Source: Promethearchaeia archaeon
GTDB lineage: Archaea > Asgardarchaeota > Lokiarchaeia > Sigyniarchaeales > SOKP01
Direction of reading: 5' to 3'
DNA: 46,156 bases
Assembly (NCBI GenBank): GCA_029856125.1
Contig: JAHQWJ010000036.1
Span: 1 to 46,156, forward strand
In this document: one piece after another, positions 28,835 to 38,376 of the stretch
Layout: the number at the start of each line of letters is the position of its first letter
How positions within the stretch are numbered: the first letter of the stretch is position 1
Made by a program: the position numbers and the translations under genes
Notes under the pieces: generated by a model
What the model was told of the DNA's origin: nothing
Seen by the model: only the letters and a program-made list of their open reading frames with translations
The model's database searches: none

Positions 28835-30300
28835 TCTTCATTACCTCCTTCTAGTCTTCGAAGAACAATTTCTTTTGTTTTTGCCACAAGAAAATTAGTT
28901 TCTTCGCCCGTTTTCACTACATCTTCATAGGGAATATTCAATTCTCTTGAAAGTATCTCGATTAACCTTGGTCTACAAAAACCACCTTGACACCTTCCCA
29001 TTCCAGGTCGGCATCTAAATTTTATCCCGTCTAATGTTGTTGCTCCAACGGGAGAATGGATAGCGTTTAATATTTCTTTTTCTGGAATTGTCTCACAACG
29101 ACAGATAATTCTTCCCCAGGCGGGATCTTCTTTTATTTTATTGTCTAATTCTTTTTTATTGAAATCTTTGAATTCCTCTGGTTTTGGTCGAAATGGATTG
29201 TAATCCTTCTTAACTGTCATATTAGCTCCCAGCAATTCTAAATATTCGGCAACTCGCTCTGCAATGGCATAACTTGAAGTTAATCCAGGAGATAAAATAC
29301 CAACTACATTAATAAATCCAAAAACATCTGTGTTATCAATAATAAAATCGTATGTATCTGGAACTGCTCTTAGGCCTGCAAAATTCCTAATAGAGGCTCT
29401 CAGTGGTAAATTTGGTACCAAATTTCTTCCACCTTCTAAAATTTCTTTTAACCCTGCTTCCGTAGTTGATATATCTTTCTTATCGGTAATATTTTGTGCG
29501 TTAGGTCCAACAAAAGTATTTCCGCTGACAGTGGGACAAACTAAAATACCTTTAGAGACTTTTGTTGGTGTCGGAAATAATATTTTGTTTAAATGCATAG
29601 CGTTTCTATCAAAGAGAATATATTCGCCTTTTCTTGGCATTATATTGAAGTAGTCTAAACCAACCATTTTTGATATCTTCGCCCCATAAACCCCCGCTGC
29701 GTTAATCACATTAGTTGCTTTAAATTCTTTATCTTTAGTTTTCATAACAAAAGTGTAATTCTGGTGTTTTATTCGTCTTACTTTTTGATTTCGAAAGAAT
29801 TTTACGCCATTCATAGCAGCATTCTCAGCTAGCGCGTAAGTCATTCCATAAGGGCTTACGATTCCCGCAGTTGGGGCGTGTAGCACGCCTACTACATCAT
29901 CTGTTAGATTTGGTTCCATGTATTTTATTTTTTTTTTGTCTAAGATTACTTCTAACCCCGGAACCCCATCTTGCGTACCTTGTCTCCTCTGTTCTTCTAG
30001 TTTCTTAATTTGGCTATCTTCTAAAGCAACTACAAAAGAACCAATTCTTTGAAAAGAAAAATTTAATTCCTCAAAGGCTTGAGTATATAATTTATTTCCT
30101 TGGATACATAAATCCCGTTTTACATATTCTCTTGGGGAAGCAAAACCTGCGTGAACTACACCAGAATTTGCTTTAGTAGTACCTGATGCTATATCAGCTT
30201 CTTTTTCCAGTAAAGCTATCTTTAGATCGTATTTTGAAAGATTTCTCGCGATACAACAACCAGTTACCCCACCACCTATAATAATTACATCGTAGATCAA
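28831..30300 (-). CDS. FAD-dependent glycerol-3-phosphate dehydrogenase GlpA/LhgO-like oxidoreductase with BFD-like [2Fe-2S] domain
   Basis: GGGVTG, TTKANSGVVHAG, FAGLR, SPGLTSS, ICRCE...GRCQGGFC. Confidence 0.85.
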   Translation of the reverse strand: MIYDVIIIGGGVTGCCIARNLSKYDLKIALLEKEADIASGTTKANSGVVHAGFASPREYVKRDLCIQGNKLYTQAFEELNFSFQRIGSFVVALEDSQIKKLEEQRRQGTQDGVPGLEVILDKKKIKYMEPNLTDDVVGVLHAPTAGIVSPYGMTYALAENAAMNGVKFFRNQKVRRIKHQNYTFVMKTKDKEFKATNVINAAGVYGAKISKMVGLDYFNIMPRKGEYILFDRNAMHLNKILFPTPTKVSKGILVCPTVSGNTFVGPNAQNITDKKDISTTEAGLKEILEGGRNLVPNLPLRASIRNFAGLRAVPDTYDFIIDNTDVFGFINVVGILSPGLTSSYAIAERVAEYLELLGANMTVKKDYNPFRPKPEEFKDFNKKELDNKIKEDPAWGRIICRCETIPEKEILNAIHSPVGATTLDGIKFRCRPGMGRCQGGFCRPRLIEILSRELNIPYEDVVKTGEETNFLVAKTKEIVLRRLEGGNEE

Positions 30301-30457
30301 AGGGTATACCTCGTTAATTTTAAAGAGTAAATTAAAAAGCTTAAGTAATAAAACATGTTATCTCTTTAAAATTTATTTGGAACATTTACGTTTTCTAATT
30401 GATAATGTTCATTAATAGGAAAAAACACATTAAAACGCTATTTTTCCAATTTTAAAA

Positions 30458-30811
30458 TTAGATAAAAAAGAACCACAAAATATTGAATAATAATGCGATA
30501 ATGATAAGAGCGATAGTTACGGGGTTAATTAGAGTGCTTCTTAAAGCTTTTGCGTATTTTAATTCTAGGTCTCCTTTTATCAGCGCTTTAATTGAATTAT
30601 ATTTAGGAGTGTTTTCTTCTTTAAGGTGATAAGATCCTAAGAACCGAGGATTATTCAAGTTTTTAAGCTGTCTGTTATAATCATTGGAAGGAAAAAAGCG
30701 TAATTTATTACTATTTAGAACATCCTCGTAATCTTTTATAAAATGAGCCTTTTTTGGTTCCTTTTCAATACTTTTATTCTTATCGTCCATTTGATTGTTA
30801 ACCAATTTCAT
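30458..30811 (-). CDS. Small tail-anchored membrane protein
   Basis: Hydrophilic N-terminus, single extreme C-terminal TM. Confidence 0.6.
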   Translation of the reverse strand: MKLVNNQMDDKNKSIEKEPKKAHFIKDYEDVLNSNKLRFFPSNDYNRQLKNLNNPRFLGSYHLKEENTPKYNSIKALIKGDLELKYAKALRSTLINPVTIALIIIALLFNILWFFFI

Positions 30812-30911
30812 TGTTTCATTATTCTTATATCATTTCATTCTTAAATCTTTTTTGGTTCTTTTTCAAAACGTCTCTTCTTATATAATTTCATTCATAAAAC
30901 GTCTCAAAATG

Positions 30912-31292
30912 TTATTTTCCTAAAAATTTCTCAAGATAATCACCAAAATCAGAAAAGGTCTCTATGTTACTATCCCAATCTATTAACTCTGAGGTATATA
31001 GTCGAAAAAATTCGTCTGAGATCAACAAGAGATCATCAATTACTTTCTTTTCTTTGGTTTTATAAGAAGAACTTCCAATGAACAGAAATCTTCTTCGTTT
31101 TATTATTACGAAACGAAGATCAGACATTTCAAAGTTCGAAATTCCGCCATCTGTTAACTTTTCTGCGAATTTATTTAAAGCACTCATTAGAGCGCCAAAG
31201 AGCTGTGGATTTACCTTTTGATCTGAAACTTTTGAGTATAAAACGATTCCGTTGTCTGTTAAAACCCAAAAATCTATTAGCATACTAGGCAT
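30912..31292 (-). CDS. Stand-alone longin-like domain protein
   Basis: FWVLTDNGIVLYSK, PQLFGALMSALNKFA, beta strands then L..ISDEFFRLY: longin beta-beta-alpha-beta-beta-beta-alpha-alpha pattern. Confidence 0.75.
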   Translation of the reverse strand: MPSMLIDFWVLTDNGIVLYSKVSDQKVNPQLFGALMSALNKFAEKLTDGGISNFEMSDLRFVIIKRRRFLFIGSSSYKTKEKKVIDDLLLISDEFFRLYTSELIDWDSNIETFSDFGDYLEKFLGK

Positions 31293-31472
31293 TGTACCAC
31301 ATATTATTAAAAGTTATTATCCCTCATTAGTTTAAATGAGCGGTTCAAATATTTAAAAAATCTTTTTTGGTTAATTATACTAAATGTATTACAGTAAAAG
31401 TATTAAAAAAAATAAAAATTTCTGTTTTATCTCCTATTTAAAAAATACTTTAAGAACGGAGTTTAATCGTTT

Positions 31473-32354
31473 ATGAATTGGGAAACTAAAATAACCCAAA
31501 TGACTGGTGTAAAATACCCCTTAATTATGGGTGCGTTTGCAATAATAGGGAGCGCAGACTTTGCAAGCGCCTTTTCTAACGCTGGAGGATTAGGCATTAT
31601 TACTGCTATTAATTATCCTAAAATTGAAGATTTTCGTGCTGAGCTTGAACATATGCTTCTGTTGACGGATAAACCGTTTGGAATTAACTTTACGATAACA
31701 CCACCATATCTTTTAAAAAAAAGAAGAGGAAGAACTCAAGAATCATATCTTGATTTTTTAGATTTAGCAATTGATATGGGAGTTAAAGTATTTACGACTT
31801 CCGCTTACAGAGCTCCAAAACTTGGAACACGAATCAAAGAAGCAGACTGTTACTGGTTTCACAAATGTGTAACTATGAAGCACGCAAAAGCTGCTGAAAG
31901 TGCGGGTGCTGATGCTATTACACTTGTTGGACTAGAAGGAACGGGTTTCAAAAATCCCATACAAAACACAACTTTAGTAAACATAACAATGGCTAGGAAA
32001 TTATTGACCCTTCCAATAATCGCAGCAGGAGGTATTGGAGATGTTAGAGGCTTTCTTGGGGCAATGGCCATGGGTGCAGACGCTGTATGTCTCGGAAGTT
32101 CAATAATAGCAACTACAGAAAGCCCAGCTTCAAAAAATTGGAAAGAACAGATTTTAAACCAAGATATATTCAATGAAAAGTATTATAAAAAGATATTTCA
32201 TCTGGAATTGAAAGATTCACCAATAGCTTCAATGGCTATTGGCCACATTGAAGAAGTTTTACCACTTCAAACATTTATCGATAATATTATTAACGAATCG
32301 GAGCACATTCTAAGAAGTTGGGGTTTTAGGGGTGCGACATTTAACACATTATAA
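31473..32354 (+). CDS. Nitronate monooxygenase / FabK-like flavin oxidoreductase
   Basis: YPLIMG, AGGLGII, TDKPFGIN, PIIAAGGIGD, MGADAVCLG. Confidence 0.88.
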   Translation: MNWETKITQMTGVKYPLIMGAFAIIGSADFASAFSNAGGLGIITAINYPKIEDFRAELEHMLLLTDKPFGINFTITPPYLLKKRRGRTQESYLDFLDLAIDMGVKVFTTSAYRAPKLGTRIKEADCYWFHKCVTMKHAKAAESAGADAITLVGLEGTGFKNPIQNTTLVNITMARKLLTLPIIAAGGIGDVRGFLGAMAMGADAVCLGSSIIATTESPASKNWKEQILNQDIFNEKYYKKIFHLELKDSPIASMAIGHIEEVLPLQTFIDNIINESEHILRSWGFRGATFNTL

Positions 32355-32430
32355 AATTTGATGAAACAAATATAATAAGATTACGAGTTTTGTAATAGAT
32401 ATTGAAAATATAAACTTACACATAATACTA

Positions 32431-33711
32431 ATGAAATTAGACTATGGAAAAGATGGAATTGAGTTAACGATTGATCCCAATTGGAACACGAAAATTATTC
32501 GACCTGTTAAGCAACTTCCAATTGAAAATCCAATTAAAGCGATAAGGGATGCTATTAAAAATCCTGTGGGAAATCTCTCTTTAAAGGCTATAATAAAAAA
32601 AAGAAAGAAGATCAAATCGGTATGTATTGTAGTTTCAGACGCAACGCGTCCAGTTCCTACTCATCTTATTCTAGAGGGTCTTTTGAGAGAATTACTTGAT
32701 TACGGGATTCAAGAAAAAAAAATACGAATCTTAATTGCTACGGGGTTGCATCGTCCATCCAACAGAGAAGAACTTAAAAGAATTTTGGGTACAGTTTCAA
32801 CAAGGGATGTTAAAATTGTTAATCACGTTGCAGCAGATAAGAAATCTCTCATAGCATTACATAATGGCGATCTTGAGAACCCTATTTATATCAACAAATA
32901 TTATTATGAAAGCGATCTAAAAATTTTAACAGGATATGTTGAACCTCATTTCTTCTTCGGCTTTTCTGGAGGATACAAATCAATTGTTCCTGGTTTAGCA
33001 GGGGCTGAAACTATATTAGCAAATCACTCCGCCGAAAATATAGCTTCTCCGCATGCGAGATTCGGAATCCAAGAAAAAAATCCAATACCTAAACATTCCT
33101 CTAGAAATGCAAAAATAGTTGGTGTAGATTTCACTATTAATGTATGTATTAATGTTGATCATAAAATCATCCAAATAGCTGCTGGTGATATAGAATTAGT
33201 TCATAAAAGATTAGTTGATTATCAAAACAAACATGTTTTCAAAGAAATTCAAGAATCATTCGATATTGTAGTCTGCGGGAATGGAGGTTATCCTTTAGAC
33301 CTCAACCTTTATCAGGCGGTAAAAAGTATGGCAATTGGAGAAATGTGTGTAAAACAAGGAGGTATCATAATTTCAGTAAATGAGTGTCGCGAAGGAGTTG
33401 GCGTAGGACAAGACAATTTTAAAGAACTAATCTTTTCTGAAAAGAGTCCAGAAGAAATCTATAATAAAATTCTTAAGAAGGAAATAGTTGTACCGGATCA
33501 ATGGCAAATCCAAGTATTAACCCGGATATTAATGAAGTCAAAGGTATATCTTGTATCTAATATGAAAGAAGAAGAAATCGGAAATATTGGTTTAAAATAT
33601 GCTGACACTATAGAGGATGCAATTAAAATATCTTTAATTAAACATGGAAGAGACGCGAAGATACTTATTTTGCCTAATGGACCACAAATTCTTCCATTAA
33701 TAAACATATAA
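32431..33711 (+). CDS. larA: Nickel-pincer-dependent lactate racemase family protein
   Basis: SDATRP, ATGLHR, NH, EPHFFFGFSGGYKSIVPG, NH, GYPLDLNLYQAVK, DQWQ. Confidence 0.88.
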   Translation: MKLDYGKDGIELTIDPNWNTKIIRPVKQLPIENPIKAIRDAIKNPVGNLSLKAIIKKRKKIKSVCIVVSDATRPVPTHLILEGLLRELLDYGIQEKKIRILIATGLHRPSNREELKRILGTVSTRDVKIVNHVAADKKSLIALHNGDLENPIYINKYYYESDLKILTGYVEPHFFFGFSGGYKSIVPGLAGAETILANHSAENIASPHARFGIQEKNPIPKHSSRNAKIVGVDFTINVCINVDHKIIQIAAGDIELVHKRLVDYQNKHVFKEIQESFDIVVCGNGGYPLDLNLYQAVKSMAIGEMCVKQGGIIISVNECREGVGVGQDNFKELIFSEKSPEEIYNKILKKEIVVPDQWQIQVLTRILMKSKVYLVSNMKEEEIGNIGLKYADTIEDAIKISLIKHGRDAKILILPNGPQILPLINI

Positions 33712-33745
33712 TTTAAATCGATGAATTAGTAATTCTATATAAGAA

Positions 33746-34789
33746 TTGTTGATTGAAATGGATTCAACAAACGCAATCATTTATCTTGATATAAACAACG
33801 ATGCTCCATTGATTAAATTCTGGTATCCTTATAATTTACCAGAAAAATACCAGAGAGTTATCGTTGAGGAGTGTGTTTCGATTATATCTGGAGATCCAAC
33901 TTTCATCCCGGAAGTTCTCTTAATTTTTCCTATTCCCCATCTAAAAATAAAAGTTTTAATTAAATATTTTAAAAGAGAATATCCTACTAACGAAGAAGGA
34001 ATTTCAAAGTCCGCGATAATCTTTTTATTTGCTGAAGAAAATGATCAGATATATTACCGATATATGAGTTATATCGATTCATATTTTAGTAAAACTGTGA
34101 GCATTATGCTCACCTTAGAGAAAAATGGGACTATAAACGATTTAATACACGAAGAAATTGTGAAATTGCATATGATTTTATGCGATGTAACAACATACTT
34201 GACTTCTAAAAGCCAGTACGTAGCAAAGAAAGAAGAATCACCTCGAAAAATCTTTGAAGATAATCAGGTAGGAAAAAAGAAATTTAAAGTCGTAGTCTTA
34301 GGAGACCCGAAGGTAGGTAAGACATCTACAATTCTAAGATTTACTGATAGTGTATTTCTTAGGGCATACATTCCAACGATGGGTCTAAATATTACCCAAA
34401 AAATCTTTAACATAGATTCTATCGTTGTAGAATTAGTGTTGTGGGATATCGGAGGCCAAACCAAGTTTGAACTCATAAGAAAGAAATTTTACGAGGGTGC
34501 GAGCATCCTACTAGTAATTTTTGATTTAACGAATCCAATGTCTTTTGCTAATGTTTCAAAATGGCACCAAGATATTAAAAATTACATGAAAAATAATAAA
34601 GCACTAAAGGGTTATCTTATTGGTAATAAGAAAGATTTGGTTAAAAAAAGAATTGTAAGCGAGATTGATGCGAAAAGGCTCTCATACGCTTTAGACCTTG
34701 AATATCTTGAAATCTCTGCTTTAACTGGTTATAATGTAGAGATGGCTTTCCATAAAATAGCAAAAAAATTACTATATTTTAATAATTGA
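33746..34789 (+). CDS. Rab-like small GTPase with ~175-aa N-terminal (longin/uDENN-like) domain
   Basis: G1 GDPKVGKT, YIPTMG, WDIGGQ, NKKD, SAL; no C-terminal Cys prenylation motif. Confidence 0.88.
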   Translation: MLIEMDSTNAIIYLDINNDAPLIKFWYPYNLPEKYQRVIVEECVSIISGDPTFIPEVLLIFPIPHLKIKVLIKYFKREYPTNEEGISKSAIIFLFAEENDQIYYRYMSYIDSYFSKTVSIMLTLEKNGTINDLIHEEIVKLHMILCDVTTYLTSKSQYVAKKEESPRKIFEDNQVGKKKFKVVVLGDPKVGKTSTILRFTDSVFLRAYIPTMGLNITQKIFNIDSIVVELVLWDIGGQTKFELIRKKFYEGASILLVIFDLTNPMSFANVSKWHQDIKNYMKNNKALKGYLIGNKKDLVKKRIVSEIDAKRLSYALDLEYLEISALTGYNVEMAFHKIAKKLLYFNN

Positions 34790-35202
34790 AGAATAAATTT
34801 GTAGAGAATTTGGAGATTATTTCTTCCAAGTAGGCGATAAAATTAGGCGATAATCTAATTTGTGATAATATCTTATAAGAGATCTCTAACTTTAGCATAC
34901 AGCAAAATTCTAAAATATTAACTTATAAAAAATAAACTGACTTTTTCCCATAATATGCCCGCAAACCTTAGAGAAATTTTGTTCTGGGACATATAACAAG
35001 CGTAGACAAAAACATTTTTAAATAGTGGCGTTACATTATGTATACTAATATAATAATAATAGATTATTTGTAGTAATATTTTCAAAAATTTTTACAAAAA
35101 CTTATAATATAGAAGGATTAAGATTAAGTTCAAAAATTTGTGTTTATAGTAATATTGAGTAATCATTATTAAACAAATTTGTATCAAAAAAAGTGAAAGT
35201 AA

Positions 35203-36126
35203 ATGTCATACCGAAACCGCTTACGATCAGCGAAAGATGATTCAAACGAGGAAAGCCCAGTTGGAGAATGCTGTGAAGATCCTTCAATCGAATCAAAAGA
35301 TGGCGATGTTGTCTGTTTAAACTGCGGAATGATCCAAAGCAGAAATATGGTCGGAAATGAAAGGAGAGCGTACACCGTAGAAGAAGTAAACAAACGAAGA
35401 CGAACCGAACCTCGATGGCGAGAATTTGGACCCAGAACCATGTTACCAAATTCCAAAATTGATTCAAAAGGTCGATTAATTAACGCAAAAGGAAAGACTC
35501 TGTTCTCTCGACTCTCTAAAATTCAGAATTCCTTAATTTCCAGTATAGAAAGAAATTTTTGGGAAGCAAAACCTAAATTAAAGATGCTTACATCCAAGCT
35601 AAATATTCCAGAATATATTAAAGAAACTGCCTGGAAAATTTATAGCGTTGTAGCTCGGAAAAAATTAACTATGGGTAGATCCATCGATGGATTTATTGCG
35701 GCATCACTCTATGCAGCAATCAGAGTTCACGAGTTTCCACGTTTACTGGAAGAAGTGTGCGATGCATCCATGACTCCACGAAGAACTGTCCACAGAAGCT
35801 TAGGAATGATTGTAAAAGAAGTGCTCCCCGAGTTAAATTTACGATATAAACCGATTACTGCAGAACAGCTAGTCTTTAGATTCGGCAACGATTTAGGTTT
35901 ACCGATGGAAGTCCAAAAGAAAGCAATCGACATGCTCTCAGTAGCTTCAAAAAACGGTTTATTAAGAACAGGAAAAGACCCAAAAGGTTTAGCGGCAAGT
36001 GTAATTTATATGGCGGCCAAATCAAGTAACTGCCGGAAGACTCAAGCCGAAGTCTCATCGGTCGCCAAAGTTACAGAAGTCACTTTACGAAGCCGTTCCA
36101 AACAGATTAGACTGAAGCTGGTCTAA
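35203..36126 (+). CDS. tfb: Transcription initiation factor IIB
   Basis: Zn ribbon (CC..D...VCLNCG), two cyclin repeats, GRSI..AASLYAA, GKDPKGLAA, TQAEVS..VTEVTLR. Confidence 0.95.
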   Translation: MSYRNRLRSAKDDSNEESPVGECCEDPSIESKDGDVVCLNCGMIQSRNMVGNERRAYTVEEVNKRRRTEPRWREFGPRTMLPNSKIDSKGRLINAKGKTLFSRLSKIQNSLISSIERNFWEAKPKLKMLTSKLNIPEYIKETAWKIYSVVARKKLTMGRSIDGFIAASLYAAIRVHEFPRLLEEVCDASMTPRRTVHRSLGMIVKEVLPELNLRYKPITAEQLVFRFGNDLGLPMEVQKKAIDMLSVASKNGLLRTGKDPKGLAASVIYMAAKSSNCRKTQAEVSSVAKVTEVTLRSRSKQIRLKLV

Positions 36127-36138
36127 AAAGATTTTGTA

Positions 36139-36167
36139 AATCTGGTCAGCCAGATTAATTTTTTTTT
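36139..36167 (+). terminator. Hairpin plus T-tract after tfb
   Basis: aatctgg-tcag-ccagatt followed closely by a T run. Confidence 0.55.
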
Positions 36168-36469
36168 AATTTTCTATTTTTTATTTCTTTTTTCAAACAA
36201 TCCTAACTCTTTTATCGTCGGTAAGGTCTGTTAGTTAAAAGCCTCAAACTGCGATAAAGTGCTTTATTGATCATATAAAAATTTAAGTGTTTTTGTTTTG
36301 TTTTACTATTTGCGACAAACTAGAAGAATTTTGGCTCCACTTAATTTGCGGTAATTTCTTTTCTTATTTAACAACAGGGTTTAAATCATTAATTTTAGAT
36401 ATTAATTTAAGATTGGTTTAAGCGGAACAAGAGTCGCAACTAAAACGTGTTGTTGGTAAAGCGGTTTTA

Positions 36470-38200
36470 TTGAACATAAAGTATATTGCACGGAAATTTA
36501 AAGAATTTATTACAATCAAGAGCGTTAGTTATTCCTTATTTTTTTTAAATTTGTTTTGTATTATATCTGGTATTTTATATCTAGCCAGGTCTGAATATTT
36601 GCCACTTTGGGACATATTTGGGATAGTATTAACAATTACTCTTTTTGAAAATTTGCTGTTAATTTACCTTAATTTGGTGAAAGTAAATAAAAAGAGCAAA
36701 TTTGGATATAGACTCCATATATTCTGCTATATCTTTTTAGTCTTTATTATTTTGGGTATGTGGGGAATGATGCAAGGCAATTTATTAAGCTCTACTACAA
36801 TTTCTAACTCTTTTATGGGAGGATACGCATTGAACCATATATCCTACTTTGGAATTTTAACATTTGGAACTACTTTGGTTATGATTGATTTCCTAACAAG
36901 AAAGAATCCAAAGTTTTGGGGCAGAGAAACTAGAAGAGATGGGAGTAAATACATAAAAATTTTAAGATTTAAGGAAATAGTAAAGAAAATTATAATAATC
37001 ACAAGTTGGATCGGTTTATGCATTGGTGCGTTTTGTGCTTTCATAACACTTTTTGGTGTGTTTGAGTTTGTAACTACCCAAATTGCTTTTTTCTCCTCTC
37101 AATATGGAGTGTTTTTGTCGTTTATTTTTTTAGCGAACACTATCATTCTATTAAAGATAAAAAAAGGAAAATGGAACAGAAAAAAGTTTCGTAGAGTTTC
37201 GCTTACAGGGTTATTAATTTCAATTTCATTACTCACACCCTTTTTTGTAAGTAATATTAATGCAATAAGTGCTGAAGCCAATTTTACAGAAGCTTTTGGT
37301 CTAAATTGGCAATCAGAAATTCCTACAACAACGTATGATTACTTCTTACAAACTTCGTTTTCGACAGCTGGATATTATTTAGGAGTTCCTCCTAAAGATT
37401 GTATTGTTATAGAAAATCTCTTATTTTATGATAACGAAAGTATCAAATTGTATTTTGATGTATATATGCCATTGAAAAGAGGTGAAGGCCTTCCAGGGCA
37501 GAATTCAACACTTATTCGAATTCATGGTGGTGGTTGGGTGTCGGGTGATAAGGGTGGATCGAACATGGCACAAATGAATAAATATTTTGCAGCTCAAGGA
37601 TATATCGTATTTGACATTCAATACGGATTATACGATTCGCCCATAGCTGCTATGGACCTTAGTACGCCTAGCTACAATAAAGGAGATTTTAATATCGATG
37701 ATATGGTTAGGCACATCGGTGAATTCACGAAGTATTTAACTGAAAATGCGCATCTATTTGGCGCTAATGTGGATTCCGTCTTTATTAGTGGTAGTTCATC
37801 TGGAGGACATCTTGCTAGTGCAGTAGGATTAGCTTTAACAAGTGGAAACTATTCAAATCTTTTTAGTCAGAATATTACAATAAAAGGAATAATCCCATTC
37901 TATCCTTCAAACGGTCAGATGGTCTATTTTGGAATAGATGGGAGGGAAGAATTCACAAATCCTGAAAAATTAATTGGATCTGAAAGCCCGCCTTGTTTAA
38001 TTTTTCAAGGTACGCACGATGTCCTAACTTATTTTGGTATTAGTCGAAATTTCAGGGCTACCTATCTAGCTAAGGGAAATGTTAACTGTGCCATTATATG
38101 GATGCTTTTAGGAGGACACACGAGCGATTTTTATTTTTCTGGTCATTATAATCAAATATTTTTGTATTATATGGAGCGTTTTATGTATCTCCATCAATAA
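36470..38200 (+). CDS. Multi-TM membrane-anchored esterase/lipase (HSL-like alpha/beta hydrolase)
   Basis: About 7 N-terminal TMs; HGGGW oxyanion motif, GSSSGGH nucleophile, QGTHD, GGH. Confidence 0.88.
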   Translation: MNIKYIARKFKEFITIKSVSYSLFFLNLFCIISGILYLARSEYLPLWDIFGIVLTITLFENLLLIYLNLVKVNKKSKFGYRLHIFCYIFLVFIILGMWGMMQGNLLSSTTISNSFMGGYALNHISYFGILTFGTTLVMIDFLTRKNPKFWGRETRRDGSKYIKILRFKEIVKKIIIITSWIGLCIGAFCAFITLFGVFEFVTTQIAFFSSQYGVFLSFIFLANTIILLKIKKGKWNRKKFRRVSLTGLLISISLLTPFFVSNINAISAEANFTEAFGLNWQSEIPTTTYDYFLQTSFSTAGYYLGVPPKDCIVIENLLFYDNESIKLYFDVYMPLKRGEGLPGQNSTLIRIHGGGWVSGDKGGSNMAQMNKYFAAQGYIVFDIQYGLYDSPIAAMDLSTPSYNKGDFNIDDMVRHIGEFTKYLTENAHLFGANVDSVFISGSSSGGHLASAVGLALTSGNYSNLFSQNITIKGIIPFYPSNGQMVYFGIDGREEFTNPEKLIGSESPPCLIFQGTHDVLTYFGISRNFRATYLAKGNVNCAIIWMLLGGHTSDFYFSGHYNQIFLYYMERFMYLHQ

Positions 38201-38376
38201 TATCTTTATTTTTTTACAATCTGGTTTATTCGTTAGAAGTATTGATTTAACAGAGCATCCTCTTAATTTTCGGTTTTGTATCTTATGTAGGTGGATTTGG
38301 CACATATTTTTATATAGAAGCTAATAATAATAGAGATGGCACGTACAATTTTATTAAATTCAATATCATGAAGTGA

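Noticed and set aside
34953-34998. Weak hairpin followed by ACA upstream of tfb
   Set aside because: Short interrupted stems, no K-turn and no identifiable target
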